DNA of 64,000 nucleotides, from the NCBI GenBank assembly GCA_958009085.1, contig OY253669.1:1550001-1614000 (forward strand), given 5' to 3'. Each line of letters starts with the position of its first letter. Position 1 is the first letter of the stretch. The notes under the pieces are model-generated. The model was not told the origin of the DNA. It made no database searches and was given only the letters and a program-made list of their open reading frames with translations. The DNA comes from Protoeuglena noctilucae (taxonomy: Eukaryota). The position numbers and the translations under genes were made by a program. Shown in pieces: positions 51,964 to 64,000 of the stretch.

Positions 51964-54900
51964 ATGACGCGCCCCGCGTCGCCCGTTGACGCGGGGCCGG
52001 GGCCGCTAGGTGAGCAGAGTGGGCGCACAGGGCCGGCAGACGCAGCGACCGTCGCCGAGGTTGCTTCCAGCACGCGGAGCCTGGCGTGGGACCTGCCGAC
52101 CTGTTCATGCGGGGCCGGAGGAGGATTCTCTTGGCCCAACTTGTCGCCATGGCATCCATCTGAATCGCAGACGTGATTGAGGATGCCATCCGCGCGTTCG
52201 AAGCTCGTCCATGCGAAGAATCGGCGTCGCAGATTTCCTCCGCCATCGCCTGCCTGCGCACCGTCGGAGCGGAGCCGGGGAATGCAGAGGCCGTGGCGGC
52301 CATCATCAGGAGCATCGGTGACACCCTCGTCCGCGCCGGCAGTCCCGATCTCTTGCTTTTGAGTTTGTCATGGCCGTGCCGTCGGAGATTGCGGCATGCA
52401 TCCCTGTCCCGGCCCACGCAGGCCCCATCTGCGCACAGTATCCCGGGGTGCTCTCCGCGGCCTCGGGACCCGTCCGCGCGGTCGCGGAGGCCGCCCTCAC
52501 GAGCATGTCCGGCACGAGCGGGTCCGCAGCACCCAGCTCCGCAGCTCCTGCGCTCGCGATCGCGCAGTCGCTCCATGTGCTCAGCCTGGAGGATGTGTCC
52601 CAGGTCCCACTGCGCGCGGGGGACGCGCAGGCTCTGCTGGCGGTCGCCTGCCGAGCTGCATCAAGTGCTGACGCGCATTCTCAGCAGTCCCAGGCCGCGC
52701 TGCGCGCCATCGCCGCCGCCAGCGTTCACCTCGTGACGACGGGCGTCGTGTCCAACATGCTGGGCGTCCTCGCCGACGTCGCGCGCGAGCCGATGGACGC
52801 GTCCCGCGCGTCGCTTGTCGCCCATCTCGAGTGAGTCCCGCCTTGCTTCCTACCACCCCCGTCCCACGCCGCCTGCACCCGCCATGCAGCGCAGCCGCCA
52901 TCATGCCGCTGCCAACTCCGCGCCCCGCCCTCGTGACTCCGCAGGAAAGTCCGGGCCTCCGATGCGGGTGCGGCGGATGGCGCGGAGGCAACCGCTGCGG
53001 CGGTGGAGGCCCTGGCGGGCCTCATGGCCCTGTCAGCTGCGGCATCCAAGGGGCACATGAGCCTTCCCCCGTGGCTCTCTCGCCTCCTGGGCTTCACGCA
53101 GGAAGACGCCCTCCTCTCCACCGTCAGGTCCGCGCGCCCCGCCCCACCCTGCCGCCCCAGCCACCGCCAGCTGCGACACAACCCATTCGCTCCTCAGTCT
53201 CACCTGCCCTTGTCGCACCCCGCGCACACAGCCAGATGTCGGAGCTCGCCGTGGCATCGATGCCCCTCGTGCACGCGCGGAGCCCGGTCGCGGCAGCCCA
53301 CGGCGCCGTCTGCGTCTCTTGCGCACGCGCGCTCTCTTCTCTGGTGCTGGCGTCCATTTACCAGGGCCGGCCCCCGTCCCTCGTGACCTCCGAGCTGCGC
53401 CGCCTGCTGTCGGAGGCCGCGGCCGTCGCGGGCCCCTCGGCCGCCACCGTGGCCACCGCCAACCACTCTCCCTGGCAGTGGCTGCGCGCCCTGCACCCTC
53501 GCGGGGCTGCGGTGCTCGCGTGCGGGCGCTGGTGCGGCATCCGCGAGCCCACCGCCGTGGACCCCCGGGGCCGCCCCGCGTGGCGCGTCCTGCAGGAGGT
53601 GGTCGACGCCACGCGTCGCGCCGTGCTGGCCTCCTTCGACCGGGGCCTGGAGGAACCCTCGGCCTCCGCCATGCTCACCGTGGCCGCCGCCCTCGCCGAC
53701 GTCAGCGGGGAGGGCCGCAGCGGCTGGGAGGCCCAGGCCTGGGGCGCGCTGCTGTGCTCGGCAGGGGCCGCCCTGGTCCGCCGGGGATGCCTCCGATGCG
53801 CCCGGCCCCTCGTGGGCATCCTGCTGGACGCCCTCGCGCAGGTCGACGCCCCGCACCCGCCCCAGCGCGACGACCTCGCCGCGTCGTGCGTGGCCGTGGC
53901 CGGGGTCGTCACGGCGCACCTCGCCTGGGCCCGCGCCTGGGGCGGCGCCAAGGCTGTTTCTGACGCCAGGGACCTGCTCCGCCGCACCCTGGACGTCCCG
54001 GGCGCCGTCTACCTCTCCCTCCACGTCGGCGGCGCCCGCCGCGGCATCGCTGTCGGGCTGGCGCACCTGGCCTACGAGTCGCTCGCGCTCGGCGGTGAAG
54101 CGGTGAGGCGTTGCTGCCCGCCTAGGCTCTGCGAGGAGCCGGATGGCAGCGGGGCTGAACCCTCCGCGCCCGTTTCCCTCGCAGGTGGAGCTGGTGGCGT
54201 CCAAGCTGCTGAGGCTGATGCAGGACACGTGTTGGGACTGCAAGTTCGACGTGTCGCGCGCCCCATCCCTCTCCCGCCTGCTCTCCTGCGGAGCCCCCCG
54301 CGCCCCGGTGCTCCCACTGGTGTCCGGCGACGTCGTCGCTCTCCTCCCGGCTCTCTCCCTGACTGTCGGGGCCTGGCTGCGGGCGGGGCGAGACGCTGCG
54401 TACGACGCCGAGTGCCCGGCGTGGTGCTCCGTGGCAGCCCAGGCCCATGCCGTGTCTGTCCTGGGCTCGGAGGTGAGAGACAGAGTCGCAGTGCATGTCA
54501 TGAGCGTGCGTATGGGTTCGAGTCTGTTGTCTATTGCTCGTCAGTGCTGTTGGCAGCCGTGGGGTGACCAAGGCTCACTTCGACCCCTGGTCCCGTGCAG
54601 CCGTGGACGTACGGCGAGGCTCTCAAAGCCCTGGACGCCCCCGGAGTGAGCGAGCTGGTCCGGGCGCTGCTGTCGGCCTTCTTGGCCCTCGTGCTCGCGC
54701 GTGCGGAGCGTGGCATCGAGGGCGTGGCAGGCACGTACCTGGGCCTCCCGGAGCTCTGCGAGGCGGCGCCCGCGCTCGTGCTCAAGCCCGGGTACCAGCG
54801 GGACGAGGCGCGCATGGACGCGCGGATCCTCCTCGAGCGCATCGTCGGCACGGCCAACCTCGCGCGGGCGTTCCGGGGCCTCCGGGCGGGGGCGCCCAGT

Positions 54901-57900
54901 TCCGTCTTCCAGAACCCCAAAGTCAGGTCAGGCGAATGAAGAAGGTTGCGCTTGCTTGCATATGCTGTTGTACAACAGCTGGGGGCTCTGTGCTGGGCAG
55001 CAGGGCGGAGGAGGGGCAAAGTGCGGCAACCCTGGCTTGGTCTGTCCTTGCAGGCGTGCGATGCGGTCAATGGACCCTCGGGACGTGGCGATCATGGCGG
55101 TGGTGGACCTGGTGAACGCGGGGCGGTGCGTCCTGCTGCAGGGCACGTCGGACGTGCCCGACGCACGGATCCTGGCGGCGGGCATGGCGCAGCTGCACCT
55201 GGCGGACCGCAGCGAGGTGCCCGTGGCCGAGGCGCTGCAGGAGGAGGTGAGCGAGATGACCTCTGGCCGTGGCGCTGGCTGTGCCATGGCGTTATGTTGG
55301 GCGACGCTGCTGACCTGCAGCGCAGGGCATCCATCGAGCCATCTACCCCCACAGAGTCTCATATAGCTATCATGTAATATTGCTGTACTCACGGACTGCT
55401 CTTCACCCGCGCCCGCGCCCGCAGCTGGTGGGGAGCTTCTGCCAGTCGCTGTCGGGGGCGCAGCGGTCGGACCAGGCCCCGCAGGGCGCGGGGTGGGCGG
55501 AGCGCTTGCGCGGCGCGGCCAAGATCGCGGCGCTGCTGATGATATCGCAGCTGCAGGATAAGTCGTCGCTGGTGGCTCCCGGGGAGGAGAACACCACCGC
55601 CCCGCCCCCAGAGCACAGCGCAGTGGCCATCGTTCGGGGTGCCGCAGAGACCATGGCCAGGAACACCCTCATGCGCATTGTCAACGCCTACCCCGCGGTG
55701 CTCTTCTCCCAGAGCTGCCTGGGGTCCCTCCTGCAAATGAGCGTCGACACCAAGCGACCCCTAACAGCCAAGGGCGTCAAGGCGAGTGACGCACGAGTGC
55801 TCGGCTCCATCGGGCTCGGCTGATGCGTCTGCATGTCGCGGCCAAACTGCTGTGTGTGTACAAAAGCACGCGTGGTTTTCGTTGGGGCTGCTGAGGGCGA
55901 TGCCAGTGCCACCGCAGCCACCTCGTCCACACCAGCCCATCGCCAATCCGTAGTCACCCGTGCCATTAACGCAGAAGCTCGTCCAGCACCTGCCCAAGCT
56001 GGTCCGGGCGGGGCAGTCCCCCACCGCCCAGCGGCTCCTGGAGGGCTGGGTCGAGAGGTCCGCGCACTTCGCCCCGGCGGCCATGGAGGCCTCGGTTCAC
56101 CAGATGCTCCTCGGATACGCAGCGGGGGTCGGCGTAGCGGAGAACGCAGAGCTCATGCGCCACGCGTCGCGGGTGCGTGCGTTTGGGCGTGGTTGCAGAC
56201 GGCGCAAGTGTGATGTGATAGGACCGAGGCGGCCCGTCAGCTCGTGGGCTGCATCAAACCTATGTAGACTCTGTCTCTGCGCTTTTTCTGGACCGCATCG
56301 CCGCAACGTTCTGCGATTACTGATGGCTGACTGGCGCCCACCTCTCATGCCAGCGTACGACGGACCGCGTCTTCATTACCTTGGACCCCCACAGGTGCTG
56401 GAGCTGTGCACGGCGGCCAAGCGCACCGCGGCGTCCCTTAGCGGCCTCTTCTCCGGCGCGTCGTCAGGCACGGCCTCCTCCTTCACGCTCCTCAACACCA
56501 AGGCCATGTACCTGGGCCGGGCACGCGGGCGGCTGCACGAGCTCAGCAAGCGCCTGGGACGCGACGCCGCGCTGGAGCGACTGACGCGAGAGGCGTGCGC
56601 CTCCGCGGGACGCGGGCAGGCGAGCGGGGTGCGTGTTGGGCCTGGGAATGGGCTGGCGACGCGCTGACGGGGACCGTGCTTGGGCCGTCCTTTGGTGGCG
56701 CATGGTCCTTGCCGGCGCCGGTCTCACATGTTTGGCCTTGTATCATGGGAACCTGCTAGCGGGAACCAGTCTCAGTCAGGGCCCATAGGAACCGCACCCC
56801 ATGAGTCTGGCTGGGCACATACGCCTGCGCCACATCCGCCCAGCCCCGACGCCACCCCGCGGACCCCACCGCTCCGCAGGGCGACTTGGACGCCCTCCGC
56901 GACGACGTGATGCTCCTCGCGGCGCTGCTGACCCTGAGCGCGTCAGAAGACGCCACGTCCTCTTCCCTCACCGATGCCACCCTGGGCCTCGCGATTCAAG
57001 CCGCTGTGGCCCGCCCCATGGAGTGCCTGCGCACGGCGGTCGTGACCAGCGCCGTGGTGGCGTGGTCCTGGATCTGCTCGGCCATCCCCAAGGTCGCGGA
57101 GACGCGGGTGGTGCAGGAGGTCGCTGCGGCGCTGCTGTGAGTGCCTGGTCACGCGAGCGGCTGCGTCGACGATACTTAGAGATACTGGGCTTGACGTGCG
57201 ATGACAACTGTTGTACTGAGTACCGTTTTGCCTCACTAGAAGCCTTAGTAAGTTTTGGCCATAATGCGCGTGACTTGCTGCCAGCCTTCTCTTGACACTC
57301 GCAGGGCGTCGGCAGTGGCGCGCAAGGGCATGTTCGCATGGGAGACGCGCGGCAATGCGGACGAGGAGGAGGAGGGCGGTGGGACGGTGCTGGAGGCGGT
57401 GCGGTGCCAGCAGGCGTGCGTCAGGCGAGTGGGAGCGGCGGGGTGTCAGCAGACATGCACATCAGCCCCCGCCCAATGCACACTGCACACAGCTGCCGCT
57501 ATCCCCCAGCCCCCCTGCCCCTTTCTCGCAGTTTCTTGATCGAGCACATGGGCATCCATTACCAGGAGGGCACCCGAGGGGCAGTGGCGGTGCGTGCCTC
57601 CGTCCTCACCATGTGCCAGGACCTGCTGCCCCATCTGGCCAACGACCCAAGGGACCACTCGCCCCGCCCCGCCGTCACCGTCCACGCGCGCCTCCAGATC
57701 ATGTTTCTCCTGGCAGAGTCCGCGAGGAGGGCCGCGGGAGACCGCACCCCGGCTGCAGCACGTGAGGCGGCTCACTCAGTGCTAGAGACCGGCACATGCG
57801 CACGGTTAGCAGTCTAGGGCCCAAGCGACAGCCCCATGACGAGGAGTCGCAGAACGCCAGTCTGCATGATGCAGCAGCTTCCACAGACTGGGTGCTCTGA

Positions 57901-60900
57901 CCCCGCTAGCTCTCATGACACCCCACTCTGATAGCCCGGCCCCGCCCCCGCCCCCGCAGTGCGTGCGACGGTGTCGGCGCTTCGCTCGGTGTGCCGCGCG
58001 ACGGCCCTCATCCTCGCCGAGGACCCCGCGCCCTGGTGCAACCTCTGGACCCCCACGGAGTCCCGCCTCCACATCGCTGCTGTGCTGCAGCTCGCGTCGT
58101 CCGTCACGGCCCTCCGCGACGCCCTGCGCGCCGCCCCCGCCGCGGCCCGCGCCGCCGCGAAGGTCGACGAGGAGGCTGCGTGGGCCTCGGAGGAAGCGGA
58201 GGTGGTCGAGTTTGCGCTCGAGCTGGAGGCGGACCGGCTCAGGTGCGCCACGCTTTGCTTTGGGAGCAGTGCATGGGTGGCACAGGTAGCAACAGGTTAC
58301 AGGAGGGGTGAGGTGGGCGTATACAGAGCTAGGAACGCAGCAACTCAGCGTCCGCGACCCTCCGCCCCGCACAGGCTGTGGGTGGAGCCGACGGGCCGCG
58401 GCCTGGGCCGTGTTTCTGACGACGACTCGATTCCTGAGGTCAAGGACGCCCACCCGACCAGCATGAGCGACCTGGGGCTCCTCTTCCGCCTCAAGACCCT
58501 CCCGCGACTGGGGGCCGTCGCCTGGCAGCTGTCGCCCAAGCTGGCCGTCCGCCTGCTCATCGCCCACGAGGGCCGGCGCGAGTTCACGGGGAGGTGAGCG
58601 GGGCGGGTGCCCTCCAATCTTGCTTGGGAGCCTTCTTCGGTTTCTGTTCCACAGCCCTCACCATGCCCTGTGCCCTTGACTAACTGAAGCCCAGCACCCC
58701 TCACCCACCCACACCAACGCCCCACAGCCCTCACCGACCTGGCACCACTCCGCCCCTCCCCCGCAGCATCCTGGCGGGCATCTCCGCGGATCTCCGCAGC
58801 GGCTGCGAGTTCCTGGCGGCGGTGCCGATGGCTGCCCCCGTGGTGCTGAGACGGGAGGCGGAGCTGGGCGTGAGCAGTGCCGAGGTGGCGGAGCTGTTCG
58901 GGCGCTTACCCCCGGGGTCGCTGGAGGACGCGATGCAGATGCTCGCTGAGGCCGGGGCGCGGCTTTACGTCCGCATGTACGCCGTGCGGTGCCTCGAGGT
59001 CCGGACGAGGGGCGGGGAGTGTTTCGTGCGTGTTTGGGACGCCGCTTAGGGCCGAGGCCCGCCCTCAGCAACCTCTGCCCCTTCTGTGTTGTTCTCGCAG
59101 GCCCAGGACTCCGAGGCCATCATGTTCTACATGCCCCAGATGGTGCAGACGCTGCGGCACGAGGGCAACCCCGAAACGCCAGACGACGAGAAGCCGGTAA
59201 CGTCGTTCCTGGTCGAGAGGTCCGCCGCGTCGGATGCCTTCGCGCACCGAATCTTCTGGCTCCTCCGCAGCGAGGGGACGCCGCCAGGTGGGATGCTGAG
59301 CCAGGGCATGCAGGTGCACAGGGCGTTGTCACACTCCACCCACCCCGCACTGCACTGCGCTGCACTTGCACGCTCCCAGTTGCACCGCGAAACTTCCAAC
59401 TTCGCTTATCCGCAGAGGAGGCTTTCAACCCTGAGATCAAGAGGTCCGGCTGGAAACCTCCCCAGGACTCTGGGCTGTGGGCGATTGCCGACGCAGTTAG
59501 GGGGCGGATCGTGGGGGCCATGTCACCCCGGGTGAGGGCAAGCACGGGCAGCATGAACATTGACGGAAGGTGCAAGCTGCCTTTGCAGAGCGGCCGTCAT
59601 ACAGATGATTGCGTTGTATGATTGCTTCGTAGCGGTGACGGTGCGGTTGGTGGGAAGTGTTTTGGTGGGAAGTGTTTGGTACGGCATCCCCGCAGGCGCG
59701 GCAGTTCTTGGATCGGGAGGATGGCTTCTTCGGTGAGATCAATGGGATGAGCGGGAAGATGAAGCCCATTCCGCCAACGATGCGCAAGGCGAGGATGCGC
59801 CATAGGTGCACCCAGCTTTCACCCATGCCTGTAGCCACACCCACACTGCTACCCACACCCACACTGCTACCCACACCCACACTGCTACCCACACTCACAG
59901 GCCAAGCTGTCCGAGATGATTGAGGAGGCAAACCGCACCTACGACCGTGACCTGTCGGCCTCGGCCAAGCTGGCGCGGGGGGGCACGGCCGGGCGTTCCG
60001 AGACGCTCCTCTACATGCCCCTGGACCCCCACAAGAAGGTCCTTCGCGCCGTGCCCGGGAAGGGCAACGTGATGCCCAGCGCCGCCAAGTTTCCCGTGAT
60101 GGTCTTTTTCGAGACGATTGCCACGCGGGACGGGCGCGACGGGCGGTGCCGGCCCGTCAAGCCCGTGGTGCCCAAGCAGCTCGCCTACATCTTCAAGGTC
60201 GGGGACGACGTGCGGCAGGTGAGGCCGTGTGGTGGGATGATGCGCGGCAGGGGAGGGATGCGCTGGCTACCCCTGCCGATTTGGCTACCCCTGCCACCTC
60301 GTCTACCCCCGTCACCTTGGCTACCCCCGTCACCTCCGCCGCCCACATCCCAGCACCCACCCCTGCCCCCAGGACGTGCTGGCTCTCCAGGTCATCGACC
60401 TGGTCCAGAAGGCCTTCCAGCGCGCGGGCCTCGAGGCGAACCTTTTCCCGTACGGCGCCATCCCCACGGCCTACGAGCAGGGCATCATCGAGGTGGTGCC
60501 CGACTGCCAAAGCCGCACCGCCCTGGGAGAGGTGGCAGACGGCGGTTTGTACGACATCTTCATGCGCGAGTACGGCGCGCCGGGGTCGCCCGCGTTCGAG
60601 TCCGCGCGGCAGAACTTCCTGAGGTCGTGCGCGGGGTACGCGGTGGCGACCTACCTCCTGCAGGCTAAGGACCGCCACAACGGCAACCTGCTCATCCGCA
60701 AGGACGGCAGCCTCGTGCACATCGACTTCGGGTTCATCCTGGAGATCTCGCCGGGCGGCAACATGAAGTTCGAGAGCGCGGGGTTCAAGCTCTCCCACGA
60801 CATGACGCAGCTCATCGACCCAGGTGCGCCGTGCTGGGCTAGTGTGCGCAGAGGTAGCGACCCAGGACGGGGCTCCCGGCCCCTTCCAGCTACGCAAGCA

Positions 60901-61335
60901 CTGCTTACGGGCTTGCGATTCGACTTCACGGCCTTCCGCGCCGCCTCTGTGCGTGCAGGGCGCCGCCACAAGAGCCCCGAGTATCACCAGTTCCTGGACT
61001 TGTGCGTGCGGGGCTACCTGGTGGCGCGCTCGATCGCGGAAGACATCATCGCCGTCGTCGGGCTCATGCAGCACTCGGGGCTCCCCTGCTTCGGGCACGG
61101 CAAGGTGCGGGAGCGAGTGCAGCTGACCGTTCCGCCCCGCCTCGCTCGCCCCCCGGCGCACTGGCCCGGTCCTCGCCCGCAGCCCATGCCCAACCTGCGA
61201 AAGCGCTTCCGGCTGGACCTCTCCAACCGCCAGGCCGCCCAGTTCTTCAAGCGGGTCGTGCAGGACGCGTACGACAAGACTTCCACCAAATACTACGACA
61301 TCATCCAGCAGCTCCAGAACGGCTACCCCCACTGA
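51964..61335 (+). CDS. PI4KA: Phosphatidylinositol 4-kinase type III alpha (PI4KA/STT4-like), many exons
   Basis: Long helical N-terminus and PIK domain (VRMYAVRCLE, FYMPQMVQTLR, FAHRIFW). Kinase motifs SAAKFP, IFKVGDDVRQ|DVLALQ, GIIEVVP, SCAGYAVATYLLQAKDRHNGN, HIDFGF and FESAGFKLS. C-terminus YYDIIQQLQNGYPH*. The start is approximate. Confidence 0.92.
59836..59895. repeat. Intronic 18-bp minisatellite (cacacccacactgctacc, about 3 copies)
   Basis: Direct tandem copies visible inside PI4KA intron 59789-59900. Confidence 0.85.
60263..60336. repeat. Intronic degenerate 18-bp minisatellite (tggctacccc[tc]g[ct]cacct-like, about 4 copies)
   Basis: Repeated ctacccc-core units at 18-nt spacing in the PI4KA kinase-domain intron. 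Confidence 0.7.
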
Positions 61336-62205
61336 TGACTCCCTCGATGCCCTGCGAAGCCTAGCGGAGGTGCTGTGGCCCAGGAGCCTGAGGAGGCTCC
61401 CCACACAGTCCAGTCAGACTGGCCTGAATTGACAGCTGCGCCGCGGCGTGGATGTACGGCTCGACCTGCCCCGCTGGCATCGTTGATTCATGTCTTGAAT
61501 CGCGCAGATAGCCTAGAGGGGCCGCGGCCCGACATTTCTGTGCATGTCGAGGTACCCGCGCGAGGCCAATTGTTTAATGCTCGACAAGGCCTAAGGCAGG
61601 AGGCACGCATATTGTTCCGAAGATGGAGGGCGTCCTCTAGGGCTTAAGAGGTGGGTCGTGGGAGGAAAACTCGTCCCTCGCGAGTTGTCCGGCCTCCCGC
61701 CCTCCCAACGCCGCTTCCGGGCGTCGGCTTGTCACAAAATTTCCATTGCTGGTCAGTCGCGGCGGTGCACTGTGGCCTCGGCGGCGAGGGCGTTGGCAAT
61801 GCCGCACTTCTCCTGCGGCATTCGCTCCTCTGCCCTCCCCATCTCGCATATTATCAAACATTTTGCCGGTTGATGTGCCCGGGTCCTTGGTATCGCCCCC
61901 CCGCGGCGAGTGACGCTTTGCTGCATGTGGAGACCCCGGCTTTCCAGCGCGTTCGGCGCAGGGGTTTGACTCCCCGGGGGTTCTGTTATTCGTGAGATTT
62001 CTCGTGCCACGCCGCAGCCCTCCGAGCCCGGCACCCGCCGGGCGCGTTGTCAGCAGCGTGCAGGTTGGCGCGAACGCGGCGTTTCCTCCCCCTCCGTCCT
62101 GCGCTTAGCGCCTGATCATCCAACGTCCCAATCTCTTGCAGATACGCAAACCACCCCGGGGATCGTGAGTGCGGGCGCCCGGCAGGTCCCGGCGCGATCC
62201 CCGCC

Positions 62206-64000
62206 ATGGCGGGGCGCCATGCCATCGAGCGCCCCGCTGCGGCTCCGGGTTGGTCGAGCGATGAGATTGCGGCTGCCCGCGACCTGGACCTGGACGTCCA
62301 TGGCATGCGCGACCTGGCCCGGTTCGGCTGGATTGGTGAGTCGCCGCAGACGAAAGCGCAGCAGACGAAAGGGCAGCCCAGTCCACCACTGCGCCCGATG
62401 GCTCGCCCCGCCTCTTCTTCTCGCTTATGGGAGATCGCACTCCGCTCGCGCTCGCAGCGAGGGAACTCGCCGGCGCCCCGCTGCCGCACGGCTGGAGCTG
62501 CGAGCGAGGGCTGGATGGGAGCCGCTGCTTTGCTCTGAAGGGCCGGCTGCGGAAGGCGCATCCGTTGTTGGACGTTTTCCGAGGCGTCCTCGAGGCGGTG
62601 CGGGAGCGGGAAGAGCTGAACGAGTTCCTCGCGGTGGCCGTCGGCGCCCTCTGCCGCACATGCCGTCGCCTGTGGGGCGATAGCGAGCTGGCGTCGTGGG
62701 TGTTTGGGCAGATCGGCCAGGCGCACAGGGCGATGGAGCAGGTCCAGCCGGATCAGGTGCTGGAGATGGCGCGGTACATGCACATCGACGAGATCGAGGA
62801 GCGGGAGCTGACGTGGGTGGCGCTGTGGGCGGTGCCCTTCACGCTGCCGCCCGACTGGGAGGAGTGGGAGGACGACCGCGGCAGGCCGTACTACTACCAT
62901 CGGGGCACGCGCGTGTCCACGTACGACCACCCGCTCGACGCCTTCTTTGCTCGCCTCCTGGAGGTGAGTGCACAGATGGATGCTTTGCATGGACCGCACG
63001 CCGCCCCCTGCCATGGCCAGCCGACCCCGTTGCTCACGCCAACCCCGGCCTTCATTGCCCAGGGAGAGCGGACGGAGCTGGCGCGGGCGAGGGCGCGAGA
63101 GAAGGCCACGGGCCCCGTCACGCGCCTCCGGCAGCGGTCGGCCGTGGCGGGCGGGCAGGGGCTCCTTCCCTTCTTCGACGAGCAGCGCCGCGTCTACTTC
63201 GCGGACATCCTGGCACCCGAACGGCGCGTCTATTTCTCCGACGCATGCGACATGCACCAGCGGTGCGTGCCTGCCTGTCGCAGCTGTGTGCGCACCACCC
63301 TATGCGTTGATGAGGTCGACCGCATGCACGCTGGTCGACCCACACTGTCGAATAAACCGTCTCATTTCATTCCGCCGCATCCACGCTCGCAGTGCCGCCC
63401 GGACCATCCAGCGCGCCGTGCGACGACGCTCCCAGCGAGCGCGTGCCGCCCAGGCACCCGAGCTCCCCAAGCGCCTCGACTCCCCTGGCTTCTCCTGCGG
63501 CGAGAGCGTCCCTTACCACGCCCCGTCCGAGTCCCACGACGTCCGCCTGCCACCAGGCCTCGCCGTCCGCGCGAGCGTCCCGGAGCTGCATGGGTCCTTC
63601 CGATCGACGTCCCCATCCGAGGACCCTCGCGCCGCGGTGTCGGCATCCTACTCGGAGGAAGGGACGTCGTTAAGGGACCCTGCGGGGCCGCGGGGGCGGG
63701 ACGGCGGGAGGGCCCCGCCGGCCATATCAGTGCCGGCCGCCGCGCCCGCCGACGTCGTCCCGGCACAGTCGGGGCGGCCCGGGACCTCGGGATCCGGGCA
63801 GGTCGACGACGCGACGTCGTCGCCGCGGCGATCGAGCAGCGTGGCGCCCACGGAGCACCTGGACGCGGTGCTGGCGCCGACGGCGGTGGTCAGGCACGCC
63901 GCGTTTGGGGAGGTGCCCCGGCCCCGGACGGCGGGGTGGGGGGACCTGGGCGAGGCGGGCGGGGGCAAGCCGACGCGCGTGGCGTGGCAGACAGCGCGGG
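62206..64000 (+). CDS. WW-domain protein with a CEP164-like N-terminal module; partial, runs off the window end
   Basis: Exon around 62540-62963 reads VLEMARYMHIDEIEERELTWVALWAVPFTLPPDWEEWEDDRGRPYYYHRGTRVSTYDHPLDAFF. This frame is absent from the ORF track, probably because no stop is reached inside the window. The start is uncertain. Confidence 0.7.

Overview
This window is eukaryotic nuclear DNA, not prokaryotic. It is very GC-rich, gene-dense and full of short spliceosomal introns of roughly 70-200 nt. Plastid-targeted genes (cpFtsY, KEA1/2, FTR variable chain, lumenal FKBP) point to a green alga; that assignment is inferred. By joining exons by hand I reconstructed about 22 genes: a YnfA/UPF0060 membrane protein, a TPR plus double-module PRMT7/9-like protein, PIG-F, PAN3, SPCS3, glutaredoxin-DUF547, cpFtsY, RsmI, KEA1/2, FTR-V, acyl-CoA oxidase, FKBP16-3-like, RRP1/Nop52, DPH6, TIM50, a BACK-domain protein, an RD21-like papain-granulin protease, UBA5, a degenerate GH63 glucosidase I paralog, a small repeat membrane protein, PI4K-alpha and a partial CEP164-like WW protein. 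Most entries in the ORF track are GC artefacts or exon-plus-intron read-throughs. I saw no tRNA, rRNA, CRISPR array or transposon. The strongest unusual signal is about 20 introns with a non-canonical GC donor (AG|GCRAG), including 5 of 11 in one gene. Other oddities are a probable GH63 pseudoenzyme, degenerate PRMT catalytic loops, a four-copy PAM2 array in PAN3, an intron-bearing bacterial-type ynfA and an apparent 1-nt frameshift in the acyl-CoA oxidase. CDS coordinates are whole-gene spans including introns, and several start codons are approximate.
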